A model generated the notes under the pieces. That model did no database searches. It worked only from the letters and a program-made list of their open reading frames with translations, and was not told the DNA's origin. Of a stretch of DNA of 64,000 nucleotides, positions 1-13,300 are shown in pieces. Position numbers and translations under genes: made by a program. Origin of the DNA: Tubulanus polymorphus (lineage: Eukaryota; Animalia; Nemertea); the NCBI RefSeq assembly GCF_964204645.1, contig NC_134034.1, forward strand, positions 3,675,814-3,739,813. Reading direction: 5' to 3'. Positions within the stretch are counted from its first letter, which is position 1. The number at the start of each line of letters is the position of its first letter.

Positions 1-1203
1 CACAATCATAGAAAATGTCAGCAGCTACAATTTTGCAATGATTGTGATAACAATATATGCCACAGTACCAATATAATATGGAAGTACTAAGTTATTCTAC
101 TATTCAACGCCCCCTGGTGACCATATAGAATAACTAACGACATTGAAACTCACCACAATCATAGAACATGTTATGAGCTACAACTTTCCAATTGATTGTT
201 GTAACAAAATATGCATATGTATCAATATAATGCAGAAAAACGGAGTACTGATGACACCAAGATGGCCGCCAATTGCGTGATAATTGGCTGATCAAAAATA
301 CCTGTCTCGGGTATTAAAGATCCCTTTCCATAGAATAGCCATCACAAATTTCAATGAGAAATGGCAAACCAATAGGAGGCAACAGGACTCAGAATTTTGG
401 GCACAAAAAAGGTCACAGGACGGCCATCTCTAGTCCGATCGACCCAATTTTTTTTATGCTGATGAGCCCTTGAGCCTTTACAATGAATGTAAATCTAAAA
501 AGAACATATTTGATGCTCATAGAACCGAATACCACGTTAATGTAACTGAGTAAAACCTGGCAGATATGAGTAATGCCGGAAAAATATATAAACAAACTGT
601 GAATGAATAAAAGAAAGTGGCAGATTAAGAATTCATTAAAGAACTAAGATCACGCGAAATGAAAGACCCAAAAAAATTCTGGAAATAACTCAATTCTAAT
701 AACAATAGAACAACGATAGACAATTTCACAGAACCCTCCCCCCCTCCTGCGTACGTACTAAATGGATGGTCCCGTAAACAAATACTGGCACAGTCTTTAT
801 CTAATCCAGATTTCGATCTCATTTAGATTACACGAATAGTCCACCTATACATAAATGAATATAAAATATCGCGTTGAATTTGGATTTCTCGTACGAACGC
901 GATGAATTTCATAGGTCCCGAATGATCTGGATTAAGCCAGTTTCACTATACCTCGGATTTCTCGTGAATTCCGTCAGTTCCGAATAATCGGGATCGAGTC
1001 CGTTGTACCGTAGATGGGATTCCTTATAAAGCGGATAAATTTCACCGGCCAGGAGCGCGGGGATCAACGCAGTTCTACTCAAAACCTTCGATTTCTTGGA
1101 TTAATCGGATGAGAAATTCATCGGTTCCGAATGATCTTTATCAAGCTGGTCTTTACGAGTCAAATACATATAACCGCAGTAGCCGTAGCGTTAACTGAGG
1201 TCT

Positions 1204-1339
1204 TCAGTCCGTCATTTCGAAATAATCGAAATAATCCACTTTCTTTTCGACCCTTTTCGTTTTCATCAAATCGTGATTGGAATCGAAGGGCGTCAATCCC
1301 GAGATATTCGTGCTTTGTTTACTCGCTTGCGCAGCTGTT
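1204..1339 (-). CDS. NFX1: NFX1 terminal coding exon
   Basis: ttttacag acceptor; ends [13 protein letters not shown]-stop, resembling the vertebrate IDYFD terminus. Confidence 0.88.
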
Positions 1340-4300
1340 CTGTAAAACAATAAAAGAACAAATTACTCCACAGGGCTCGACGGAAACAATGCTCACTTGG
1401 GAGCTGGAAATGGTTGACGATCTGAATAGTTCAGTAATCGGAATGATTAGAAAATCCCCGGGCCCGGTTTTATAGGCAGGTATAATCTTTAAACCCGGGG
1501 GTTAACTCATTTGAACAAGAATTGGGTTAACCCCCGGCTTAAAGATAATACCAGTCTATAAAACTGAGCCCTAGGCCTAGTTTCAGGAAAAATTTAACTC
1601 AAATTTTTGGTCCAATTGCTATTGGTTACTTCATGTTTTCAATAAGGACAAAAATCCGCACTTTCTGACTTTTTTCACAAAACCGACCCCTGGTGAATGC
1701 AAACACAATGTCCTTGAAATTGGCCGCAATGATATAGAATCATCCTCACTTGCCAGGGTCCAGTATCACTCCCGAACTCGCTTCCACCACCCCTCTGGCC
1801 TCATGAAGCGTGATTTCATTACTGGCGCTTTTGCGCATGACGTCATATATCGATTTGCGAAATACTTCCTTGTTCGGTAAAACGTTCGCTGATTGGTCAA
1901 TTAAAACGGGAAAACCAACAGGTTGGTACAACTGGAAGATTGGTACAACCGGATTCTGGTCGGCTAGTAACAACTCTAACGACTCCTGAGGTCAAGGGGT
2001 TTGGGGAACAGCTTTAGTGTAGTGGGTTCGAATCCCTTGAAAGGTGAAGATGATATAGAATGCGATGCAGGCTAAAAATGATTTTTCAGTATCAATTTGC
2101 TGTACCCCTTCAAACGTTCTTTCTTCCACTTTCAATCATCCGCACATAACACATGTTCAGTACTTCACCTGAGACAATTTCGCTAATTGAAAATGAACTA
2201 CGAACCCCGAACATTAGACATATATCATCAGTTAACAGTCAGGGGCCAGTTGCTTAAAAGTTGGTTAAAGATAACCGGTCGTTAAATACCATAGTAACAA
2301 TGAAATTTCAATTGTCACCATATCAACTATCCACTGGTTAACTCTGACCAACTTTTGAGCAACCGGCCCCAGAATGTCTCGAAACTTCATATATTTTTAG
2401 AAGATTTTCAATTGAAATCCTTTCTTTACTTACGCGATTTCCTTCTCAGATTTATTATGAGGTATCGGTACCGGACGTTTGCCGTGGATTTCTCTTTGAA
2501 CACACGTCGTTAACGTTACGTTCGGTAACCAACATTTATCCCTGAAAAATACGTGCGCACAAATCATAAAGGATTCGATTCGACAATTCCATAGGTTTGA
2601 ATCGAACGTGAAAACAAGCTCAGTTTCAAAACCAACCATGATGCATTATAGAGCAGTATAAAACTAGTGGGACAGTCACGGCTTAGATTTAAGACCATTC
2701 TAAGAATACCTTAGTTCTTAAGTCAATCTAACAACTCAAGATCACACTTAAAATTTTGGAATGATTTGAGACTTAACTCACGAATGTGTTACTGAGCCCT
2801 ACACGGACCATAAACACAACTTAACATATATGAAGACTGTAATATAAATATCTGAATAAACGTTGAATAAACTACTAGCTCCACAAAACTTTTCAGATTT
2901 CAGATTTTCATTCTTATTGCTGGATTTTAATACTATGATTACAGCATGGACAGAGCGTTTCATCAATAGGGGGACTGAGTGTTTTATCGGGTAGGCCACT
3001 TTTATTTTACCAGACTATATTCCCTGAAATTAATGTTGTTTTTCTCGTCTCAGTCAACTAGGATTTCAAACGGAAACTGTTTGATGATACGCGTGATCTA
3101 ATTATCTCAACAAATTCCCCGACTTTTCCCATGATTTCCGAGTAAGACGCCACTCCGATCAATGGTTATGTAATCGTCGATCTCTTACTTGTACGCGGTG
3201 GCGACGACGTTCTTCTTCGGTTCTTGGTCGTAGCTCTGGGTCTTACAGCCGTACCACTCGGCGAGTTCGTGCAGCAGACGCCGCTGTTCACGATTCATCG
3301 GCGCGAACGAATGACTGCGATTCGGGTGTTTCGATTGTTTCGCGTTCTGCACGAGCGCACAAAACGATTTCTCCACGTTCGCCACGAACGCCGAGTTTAA
3401 TCTGAAAAACAACGGAAAACGTTTTTTGCTCAGCGGCCACCGGTCTAAACATCTGGACCCAGTTCCACGTTCATGAGTTAGAGTTAACTCTGAGTTAAAA
3501 TTAGTTCATTTCCAATGAGTTAACTCAGGGTCAAATTTTAACTCCGGAACAGTGTAACTGGACCCTGACGTTGTTTTTCACCGGTAGATCATTTATTTAT
3601 TATGAACGCATAAAATTTGAATATTTCAATCCCCCCTCCCCCTGTACGCAAAATGGGCCATTTTTTCATAAACATTAAGCATTACAGTACGCAATTGCAT
3701 GTAACCCTACCCCTCCCCTAATGCATACATAATAAATGAATGACCCCTAATGAAGGGAGTGGGGCCAGGGTTTGTGTTGGTGTAAGGCAATCAAACCCTG
3801 GCAAGCGACGATGAAAGCGGGGCAGCCAGAGGCAACATCGTTCCATAACATATCGGCGCATAACATGTTCAATTCTCTTAGGAGTTTTCAGGAGTATAAG
3901 TGTATATGTCCTGACCCGGCAGTGCGGTTTAGAACTCAACACGGATCTTTGCGAATGCGATACGAACCTGGCGAAATCTTTGAGAAACGTTGAATAAGAC
4001 GGATTTCCGAGTTTGGACTCGAGGTTTGGATTCGTGATCTCCAGCGCTAGCGCTATTCGTCGATTCCTTTCGATTCGACCGCATTCTTCATTGCAATCAA
4101 TACTAGAAGAAATTCGCAAAAAAATACGATGTCTTATTTTAACGCTTAAAATCAACTGAGAAGCATTTTACGGCGAAATCTTTACTTGGAGTGTGGATCG
4201 AGCCTTGCATACCATTAGCACAGATATCGATATGCAGCCCTTCTCAGAATTTCGGCATACGTATAGTAGCGTGAATGATCAGTTTTTGAAAATTTTCTTA

Positions 4301-7300
4301 TAAAATGTCTTATACCTGGTGTTTGTAGTTCATTTCGAAATAAAAATATCTAGGGTGAACTACCCCTGCTGATCAAAAGTGAAGTGTGAAGTGTGGACGA
4401 TCAGTTTTTGAAAATTTACTTATAAAATGTCTTATACCTGGTGTTTGTAGTTTATTTCAAAATAAAAATATCTAGGGTGAACTACCCCTGCTAATCGCAA
4501 GTGAAGTGTGAAGTGTGGATGATCAGTTTTTGAAAATTTACTTATAAAATGTCTTATACCTGGTGTTTGTAGTTTATTTAAAAATAAAAATATCTAGGGT
4601 GAACTACCTCTGCTGATCAAAAGTGAAGTGTGAAGTGTGGACGATCAGTTTTTGAAAATTTACTTATAAAATGTCTTATACCTGGTGTTTGTAGTTCATT
4701 TCGAAATAAAAATATCTAGGGTGAACTACCTCTGGTGATCAAAAGTGAAGTGTGAAGTGTGGACGATCAGTTTTTGAAAATTTACTTACAAAACGTCTTA
4801 TACCTGGTGTTTGTAGTTCATTTCAAAATAAAAATATCTAGGGTGAACTACCCCTGCTAATCGCAAGTGAAGTGTGAAGTGTGGATGATCAGTTTTTGAA
4901 AATTTACTTATAAAATGTCTTATACCTGGTGTTTATAGTTCATTTCAAAATAAAAATATCTAGGGTGAACTACCTCTGCTGATCGCAAGTGAAGTGTGAA
5001 GTGTGGACGATCAGTTTTTGAAAATTTACTTATAAAATGTCTTATACCTGGTGTTTGTAGTTCATTTCAAAATAAAAATATCTAGGGTGAACTACCTCTG
5101 CTGATCAAAAGTGAAGTGTGAAGTGTGGACGATCAGTTTTTGAAAATTTACTTATAAAACGTCTTATACCTGGTGTTTGTAGTTCATTTCGAAATAAAAA
5201 TATCTAGGGTGAACTACCTCTGGTGATCAAAAGTGAAGTGTGAAGTGTGGACGATCAGTTTTTGAAAATTTACTTATAAAATGTCTTATACCTGGTCTTT
5301 GTAGTTCATTTCAAAATAAAAATATCTAGGGTGAACTACCTCTGCTGATCAAAAGTGAAGTGTGGACGATCAGTTTTTGAAAATTTACTTATAAAACGTC
5401 TTATACCTGGTGTTTGTAGTTCATTTCGAAATAAAAATATCTAGGGTGAACTACCTCTGGTGATCAAAAGTGAAGTGTGAAGTGTGGACGATCAGTTTTT
5501 GAAAATTTACTTATAAAATGTCTTATACCTGGTGTTTGTAGTTCATTTCGAAATAAAAATATCTAGGGTGAACTACCTCTGGTGATCAAAAGTGAAGTGT
5601 GAAGTGTGGACGATCAGTTTTTGAAAATTTACTTATAAAACGTCTTATACCTGGTGTTTGTAGTTCATTTCAAAATAAAAATATCTAGGGTGAACTACCC
5701 CTGCTAATCGCAAGTGAAGTGTGAAGTGTGGATGATCAGTTTTTGAAAATTTACTTATAAAACGTCTTATACCTGGTGTTTGTAGTTTATTTCAAAATAA
5801 AAATATCTAGGGTGAACTACCCCTGCTAATCGCAAGTGAAGTGTGAAGTGTGGATGATCAGTTTTTGAAAATTTACTTATAAAACGTCTTATACCTGGTG
5901 TTTGTAGTTTATTTCAAAATAAAAATATCTAGGGTGAACTACCCCTGCTGATCGCAAGTGAAGTGTGAAGTGTGGACGATCAGTTTTGGAAAGTGTGCCG
6001 ATAAAATATCTAATATCTGGTGATTTGCAGATCATATTCAATTGAATATGTTTATAGTTTTTGAAAGTTGCTCAAAAGTTGGTTAAAGATAACTGGCAGA
6101 TAAATACCATGGTCACAATAAACTTTTAATTGTCACTATGTCAGCGGTCCACTGGTGAACTCTAACCGACTTATGAGCAACTGGCGCTAGAAAAGTAAAT
6201 ATCTTACCGATGGATCTTGGCCGCAGTTGATTTATTGATCAATGATTTGAGATCGATATTGTTTCCGGATTGAATGTCGATGATCCGATTGGTTAAAGAG
6301 GAAGTCGTTATTCTGTAAGTTGAATAAACATGATAATTAGTTAGATCGATTCGGGATAATGTAAACTAAAGAGGTTTAAGATAAGCCTGCGTTATTCTAC
6401 GGAATCCCTCCACGACACTAACTATATGTACCTAATAATCATGCCGAGATTTTTGGCACCAGTGTGAACGATTGACACGGTCTAATCAAACTCAGGCATA
6501 ATCTTAAAAGCACCGCTTACGAATTCAGACCAGTCTTAACACCTTAAACATTTCGATTGTTTCTAAATTTCATGTTCTTAAGTCGCAATTGAATGCACAA
6601 AATACGTGATTTTCATCTGTAAATATTCTGTCTATCCGGACCTACCAAAGTTGTTTTGAATGAAAGCAACATCTAACGGATGTCAGCATGTCAGGCTAAC
6701 ACTCAGGTGATCGGTGTTGACATGTACGTAGATCTATGTCCAAAACCCTACGCGAACGAACTCATTGGACGCAAAAATATATCCAAAACGTTCAAGGGGT
6801 TTTAAGACTTTAGGGGTTCGACCATTATCGAACTAAACCCGCAACAACTATCTTATTAGGCCAGGATGAAATATCAGCATTAGGGGCTTACCACATTGGG
6901 GTGATTCATTTATTACGTACGCATTATGGGAGGGGGATGGGTCAATTGCGTACTGTAATGCTTAGTGTATATGAAAAAATGGCCGATTTTGCGTACAGAG
7001 GGGGATGAAAATTTCAAATTTCATGCGTACGTAACAAATGAATGATCCCATTTGATGAAATAGTACGGTTCTAGTTTCAATGACCAGAAACACTATTTCG
7101 TTCTTTATCATATATGCAGTGGTCATTGATACTGGATGCTGACTATATAACGTATCAAAATTGACAAGAACTTGTAGAAATATCAACGTTGCATCAGACT
7201 TAATGAAAAATACCCACAGCTGATGATTTAATGAATTCATTCTGACGGTTTCAAGGTTTTGACTAAACTTCGTCAACAGATGATAAGATAAAAACCCACA

Positions 7301-10300
7301 AATTTACAAATTAAAAGAAATCTAAAATCGAGAATTTATTAATTGAAACAATCTAAAATATAGAGATTATCATCAGGTGTCTAGTGTGAAATCGAAACGT
7401 CGTGTTCTTTTATTTTAGATTGTTTCAATTGATAAATTCTCGATTTTAGATTTCTTTTAATTTTTAAATAGTGGGTTTTTATCTTATCATCTGTTCACCA
7501 CGTTTGAGTGCGGTTATCGAACCATTCGTCAACAGATTTTTGTTTCATCGATGACGAAGTTCAGCGAAAACTTTGAGACTGTCAGAATAAATTCAGTTGG
7601 CCCGTAGGAAATTGGAAATTTTTGAAAAAATATTCACTTTTTATACTCCATTACGAGGGCGGTGTCTTCTTGTTTACCGCCGAGGTTGCATATTACGTTC
7701 TCCGACCTATGACCACAGGCACAAGTTATCTTCATCTGAAAATAAAATTGAAGGTGTACACTATAACCGGTCGGATGATCAATGTTTAGATACGTAGCTT
7801 AGACATGGCCATTTCTGGACTAACTCGGACAAAAAGGTTGTAAAGCGCTCGCGCAGGTGGTGTCGGATGATGGGAGTGCTCCCGCGCAAAATTGAACGCT
7901 AAGAGAAGCAATTTCACAATTTCTGGCATTTCAAGGGCGAAAATTTTGCTTCGTTTTCATACAATTTGGCCTCATGTAAGTAAGTGCATCTATTGAATGA
8001 AAACGAATTAAAAAGTGTTATTAATGAGTGAATATTTGGATTAATCGATGCTCAAATTGGCATCCGGGCGGACCTTCAACAATAATGAGAGTTCAGACTC
8101 CCTGAAACCTCTCTAAATACAGACCTCAGATAACCGGTAAATGAGACAGGAGGATGCCAGATCTCCAGGTCACCTATCATTTATCTCCATTTCATTTACC
8201 ATTTATCTGAGGCCTGTATTTAGAGAGGTTTCAGGGAGTCTGAACTCTCATTATTGGTGAAGGTCTGCCCGGATGCCAATTTGAGCATCGATTTCAAAAT
8301 ATTCACCTATATACCTGGAGATCATGTTACCGTAAACAGGAGATGAATAAGTGAGCTGGAGATAAATGATAATTGAACTGGAGATAAATAATAGGTGACC
8401 TGGAGATCATGGTACCGTAAGCAGGGGATGAATAAGTGAGCTGGAGATAAATGATAATTGAACTGGAGATAAATAAAAGGTGACCTGGAGATCATGTTAC
8501 CGTAAACAGGGGATGAATAAGTGAGCTGGAGATAAATGATAATTGAACTGGAGATAAATAAAAGGTGACCTGGAGATCATGTTACCGTAAACAGGGGATG
8601 AATAAGTGAGCTGGAGATAAATGATAATTGAACTGGAGATAAATAAAAGGTGACCAGGAGATCATGTTACCGTAAACAGGAGATGAATAAGTGAGCTGGA
8701 GATAAATGATAATTGAACTGGAGATAAATAATAAGTGACCTGGAGATCATGTTACCGTAAACAGGAGATGAATAAGTGAGCTGGAGATAAATGATAATTG
8801 AACTGGAGATAAATAATAGGTGACCTGGAGATCATGGTACCATAAACAGGAGATGAATAAGTGAGCTGGAGATAAATGATAATTGAACTGGAGATAAATA
8901 AAAGGTGACCTGGAGATCATGGTACAGTAAACAGGGGATGAATAAGTGAGCTGGAGATAAATGATAATTGAACTGGAGATAAATAATAGGTGACCTGGAG
9001 ATCATGGTACCATAAACAGGAGATGAATAAGTGAGCTGGAGATAAATAATAGGTGACCTGGAGATCATGGTACCGTAAGCAGGGGATGAATAAGTGAGCT
9101 GGAGATAAATGATAATTGAACTGGAGATAAATGAGACAAACTGAAACAACAGCCTTACCTCGGCTTTACAGGCGGTTTGAGGACACGGCCAGTTACCGTG
9201 GCAGGGAGCAGCGCACGCGTGACCGCATAGCTCACGAGCTAGAACGCATAGCTGTTTACAAACTTCCCCCTCTTCGAGACAAACTCCCTACAAAGAATAA
9301 GGTTAATTCCATAAATGTCTGGTTTCGATTAGATGAATTAGTGATACCTATTGGAAAAAAGATTTTTCTTACCTTGTGGCAGGTTTTTTGGCATTTATGA
9401 TTTGAGCAAGATAGAAGTTTATTGCACGGCAAACCGCAAGAAATGTCCACGCGGTAGCACGGGATGAATTTACGCAACTGAAAAAGAAAATTTCGTCCTC
9501 ACGTGAAAAATAAATACAACATTTGACAAGGAGCCAATAACGCTACTGCAGCAATCAAAGACTCCACTTGTTACGAGCAAGGACACACCAGGTGTCGCTA
9601 GTGTGTAGTAGGACATTAACTACTGCAGCAATAGAGAATTCCACTTGTGTCAAGTGAGGATCCAACGGGTCTCATTAGTAGCTGTTTTGTCTTCTGCGCT
9701 TCAATTACGTCTAGATTTCAATTAAAATCCAATCACTTTTGCTCTCAAAGTAAAACCTACTGTTAGTTATGCCATCTGGTGGCAGAGCTGATATTTTCCT
9801 CTTCTAAAAATCCTCTTGATCAACTTAGTGAAAATGTTTAAAAAATGTCACCGTGAGCGATGATTTTGTACATACCTCATGTCCGCCCATGCACATTTTT
9901 TCTGTTAGTTCCGTACACGGTGGACAGGTGGCGTCGGAGTGACAGTTATGGCGTACGGGGTGATCGCACGAGTGTTTCCTGGTACACAGCTGATGACATT
10001 CGGGCGGTTTAGCCCCGCACGGGATCGGCGGGTACTGAATTTCATGACCGCAGTAACATGTTAACTCGTCGAAACCTGAAAACAGAAGAATTTTTTTACC
10101 TTTTTAAATTTTGACATTTTAGAAAATATCTCCGCCCGTTTTCACAGCTAAGGCCCCCGGTTTCACCAGAAAAATAAGATTAACTCTAAATCGACACGTG
10201 AAAAACCGAATAAATTCAAAGTTAGAATCGAACTGCAACATGTTAGCTGCCACCATGCCAATACAGTGACCGCCCTGATCACCGCCCCCATCCCCCCAAT

Positions 10301-13300
10301 TGCCACCGAAAGTATACTCATCAGTTGGCACTCAAACTATTACGTAGTCAGGCTTTCAAATCGAGCATTGAGAATGAAGCAGAGTTCGTTGACATGCAAG
10401 CCAATCAGGAACTGTGTCATTCCAATGAGACGAGTAGTACTATAAAGGTCAGAGATGCTAGGGCCAAAGTACCAAAATTCCGGAATTTAGAAAGGGGGTC
10501 TGGAGGCCCTCCCCCAGACAAAATTTTGCGTTTTTGCACCGCCGGAGATGCGTTCTAGAGCGATCTGGGTGGTCTCAGTAACTGTTACTACATTTTCAAT
10601 ATGCGGAGCAGCACCATACGGAACGGATACTTTTCCTTGTGTCGATGTACTAGCGGCAGTGTCACGATCGGCATCTTCCATCTGAAAATACGACGGCAGG
10701 CATTCGTTGTGCTTCACACCCCTCGCTGCCTTCTTATGCCGTGCGCTATCCGGGTGACGAAGAATATCTTTTTTCTCGCCACTACCGTATTTGACCTGGT
10801 CTTTACAAACGACGCAGTACGCCACGCCAGCTAAGTCTAACTTAAGAATGTAGTTCGATAAGTAGTCCCCGTTACTGTCCTTACACTCTAGCCAGTGCCA
10901 GTTAAATTTATTTTTTATACCGCTGTCAATTGCCTTTATATCGGCCGACTCCCGACTGACAATCATTCCGTGCGTGCTCATTTTGCAGACCGTCCCGCTT
11001 GACAGCTGCAGGTAAAAAGAAAGTTACAAAGCTGCGTGCCTCAGGACATAGCACGCACGTGCTAATAATTGAGATGATATTTATTAAATATAATCTTAAT
11101 TATTACCACGTGCTTCTTCACATTGTTGGCCATCAGCGGGACGATGTACAACGGCGCGTAAAGATTTGACTATTAATTGGAAATGGCGTCACAACAGTGG
11201 CGCTCCGCCTACGCACGCACAGATACCACAACAAGCACACGTATATACATTGTAGCAGAACGTCCTCGGAAACAGAGACCAAGATAAAATAACACAGAAG
11301 CGACGACGAGTACAAGCAAACGAACGCTTTTACGGTCCGTGACATTACTGGTTGCCGCGAGGAATTCTCACCCAATTTCCGGAATTGACATCGGCAATCC
11401 TAAATTTCCGGAATTCCGGATATTTCCGGAAAACTAGCATCTCTGTAAAGGTGAACTACTTGATTTGACGCACAAGCTTTGACTACTTATGTATAGAAGC
11501 TTCTTCAGGTAAATGAGGGAATCTAAAATCTACGGATCTTCTGTGTCATTACAGTGTGGTAGTGCAGATATCAAGCAGTGAGTAGGAAGAATAAGCTAAG
11601 TGTGCGCTCGTAGTGGCAATGAAGACAGAACTGGAACTGCGAATATAGGCCTACTTGTAACCAGCAATGTGCGATGTGTTAACCAACAGCTGATTCCACA
11701 GTTACCAACCGGTACATGAATTAAGTCAAAATTCCAAAGCAATTCATTATTTTCAATTTTCCCAAATGGAAATGAACTGATACTAACATACCACAAGGAT
11801 GTCAAAATTTCAATGGTGACTTAGTTGATAAACACGATTTTCAAGAAAGATTGCCGAAAAGAGTTACAATTGGCAAAAGCTACACGAAGCGTTCGTAAGA
11901 TGAATTTTCCAAATGTTTCCAAGGATTAGAGGAAAATCAATCGAACTCCCAAAACGGATTATTTCAAAATTCCTAAGTTATTCCCAATTTCCTAGTTTCG
12001 TAGGAAACAGGCCAACAACAACGGAACTGGGTCCATTTCAATTCCGTTGTTTATTGAGAGTTGCAATTACGGATTTAGGGGGTAGTCACCGGGGTCCTGA
12101 CCCCTGCCTTCACACACCGAGGTTGCCCTTTTCGCCGTGACAGTGATAGTTAGAACCAGCAAATTCGACACTCATCCCGTCGAGGTTGGCATCTTTCCGG
12201 ATGTATTTCTTCAAAAACAGCATAACACTCGCGAGAGTGGGACCTTACTAGTGGCCTTTGACGCGGCTGCTTTGTCCGAGAAATACCTTTTCTTTATACC
12301 TTTACCTTTAGAAATACCTTTACTTGTGGACCCCTTACGATTTTTCTGTCCCCCGAGTTGATACAACGAAACACTTACTGACGTGCCAGCAGCTGTGACA
12401 ATTCGTACGATGACAAACATCTTCGCATTTGTGCAAACCGCACGTCAGTTTCCGGCTGCAGATGGCGTTGCACGGGTGTTCCGTGTCGACGCAGCACAGT
12501 CGCGGGCACTTGTGTCGGCCGCACGATTTTTTCTTGTTGCAACGTTTTTCGCAGGTGAACGGCTCGTCGACTGCGAAAGAAAAAATTCGTTTAGAAAGAT
12601 GAATTCATGTTAGAGAAAGTTAAACAATTTATTTAAAACCTGGAAAAAGGTAACCTGAGGGACGGTTCTATTTCAAGAAAAGGGCACCTTTTCACCGTAA
12701 AAAGGGCACCTTTTCACCGTAAAAAGGGGCCCTTTCTCATTAACCCTTTCAGTGCTGGCTAATTAATACCCTACAGTTGACAGGTGCTGCCATCTTTCAA
12801 GAGAGATAATTAGTAATTACTAATTAAATCAATACACCGCAGTGCGGTATACTAGCAAAACCCATCACTGATTCGTACACCGCACTGCGGTGTAGACGCA
12901 CTGACAGGGTTAACAAAAGACAGATCTTAAATATATGAAGTGCACGGGTACCTGAATAATTCATTTGAGAATAAATTACTTTTCATTTTCAAAAAAAATC
13001 CATGAAAGTTGTATCCTAATTTTGAAAAATCTTGACCCAAATTATTTTACACTGATTATTATTTGAAGGGCACTTTGAGAAAATTTCAGGGGGTTCGTTT
13101 GCTAAGCCCGAACCCCCTCGGCACGGGCCTGAACCTATTACAGCAGGGAATCGAACCTGATGGTATCATGAGACTCAGCCTGATCATCACCGGTCTATTC
13201 GCACACTCCATGAAGTCATATTCATGTAAGCCAATCCGGAAAAATGTTTTATCATAGCGCAGATATAAATAGCCATCCGCGAATTAGCCTCAGTAATCAT

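Noticed and set aside
1746-1985. Possible extra NFX1 exon
   Set aside because: The open frame needs phase 0 entry but exon 17 ends in phase 2; exon 17 joins cleanly to 1339.
12211-12378. Lys-rich ORF after NFX1 exon 9 as an NFX1-91-like tail
   Set aside because: Out of frame with exon 9; in-frame read-through stops after ~14 codons.
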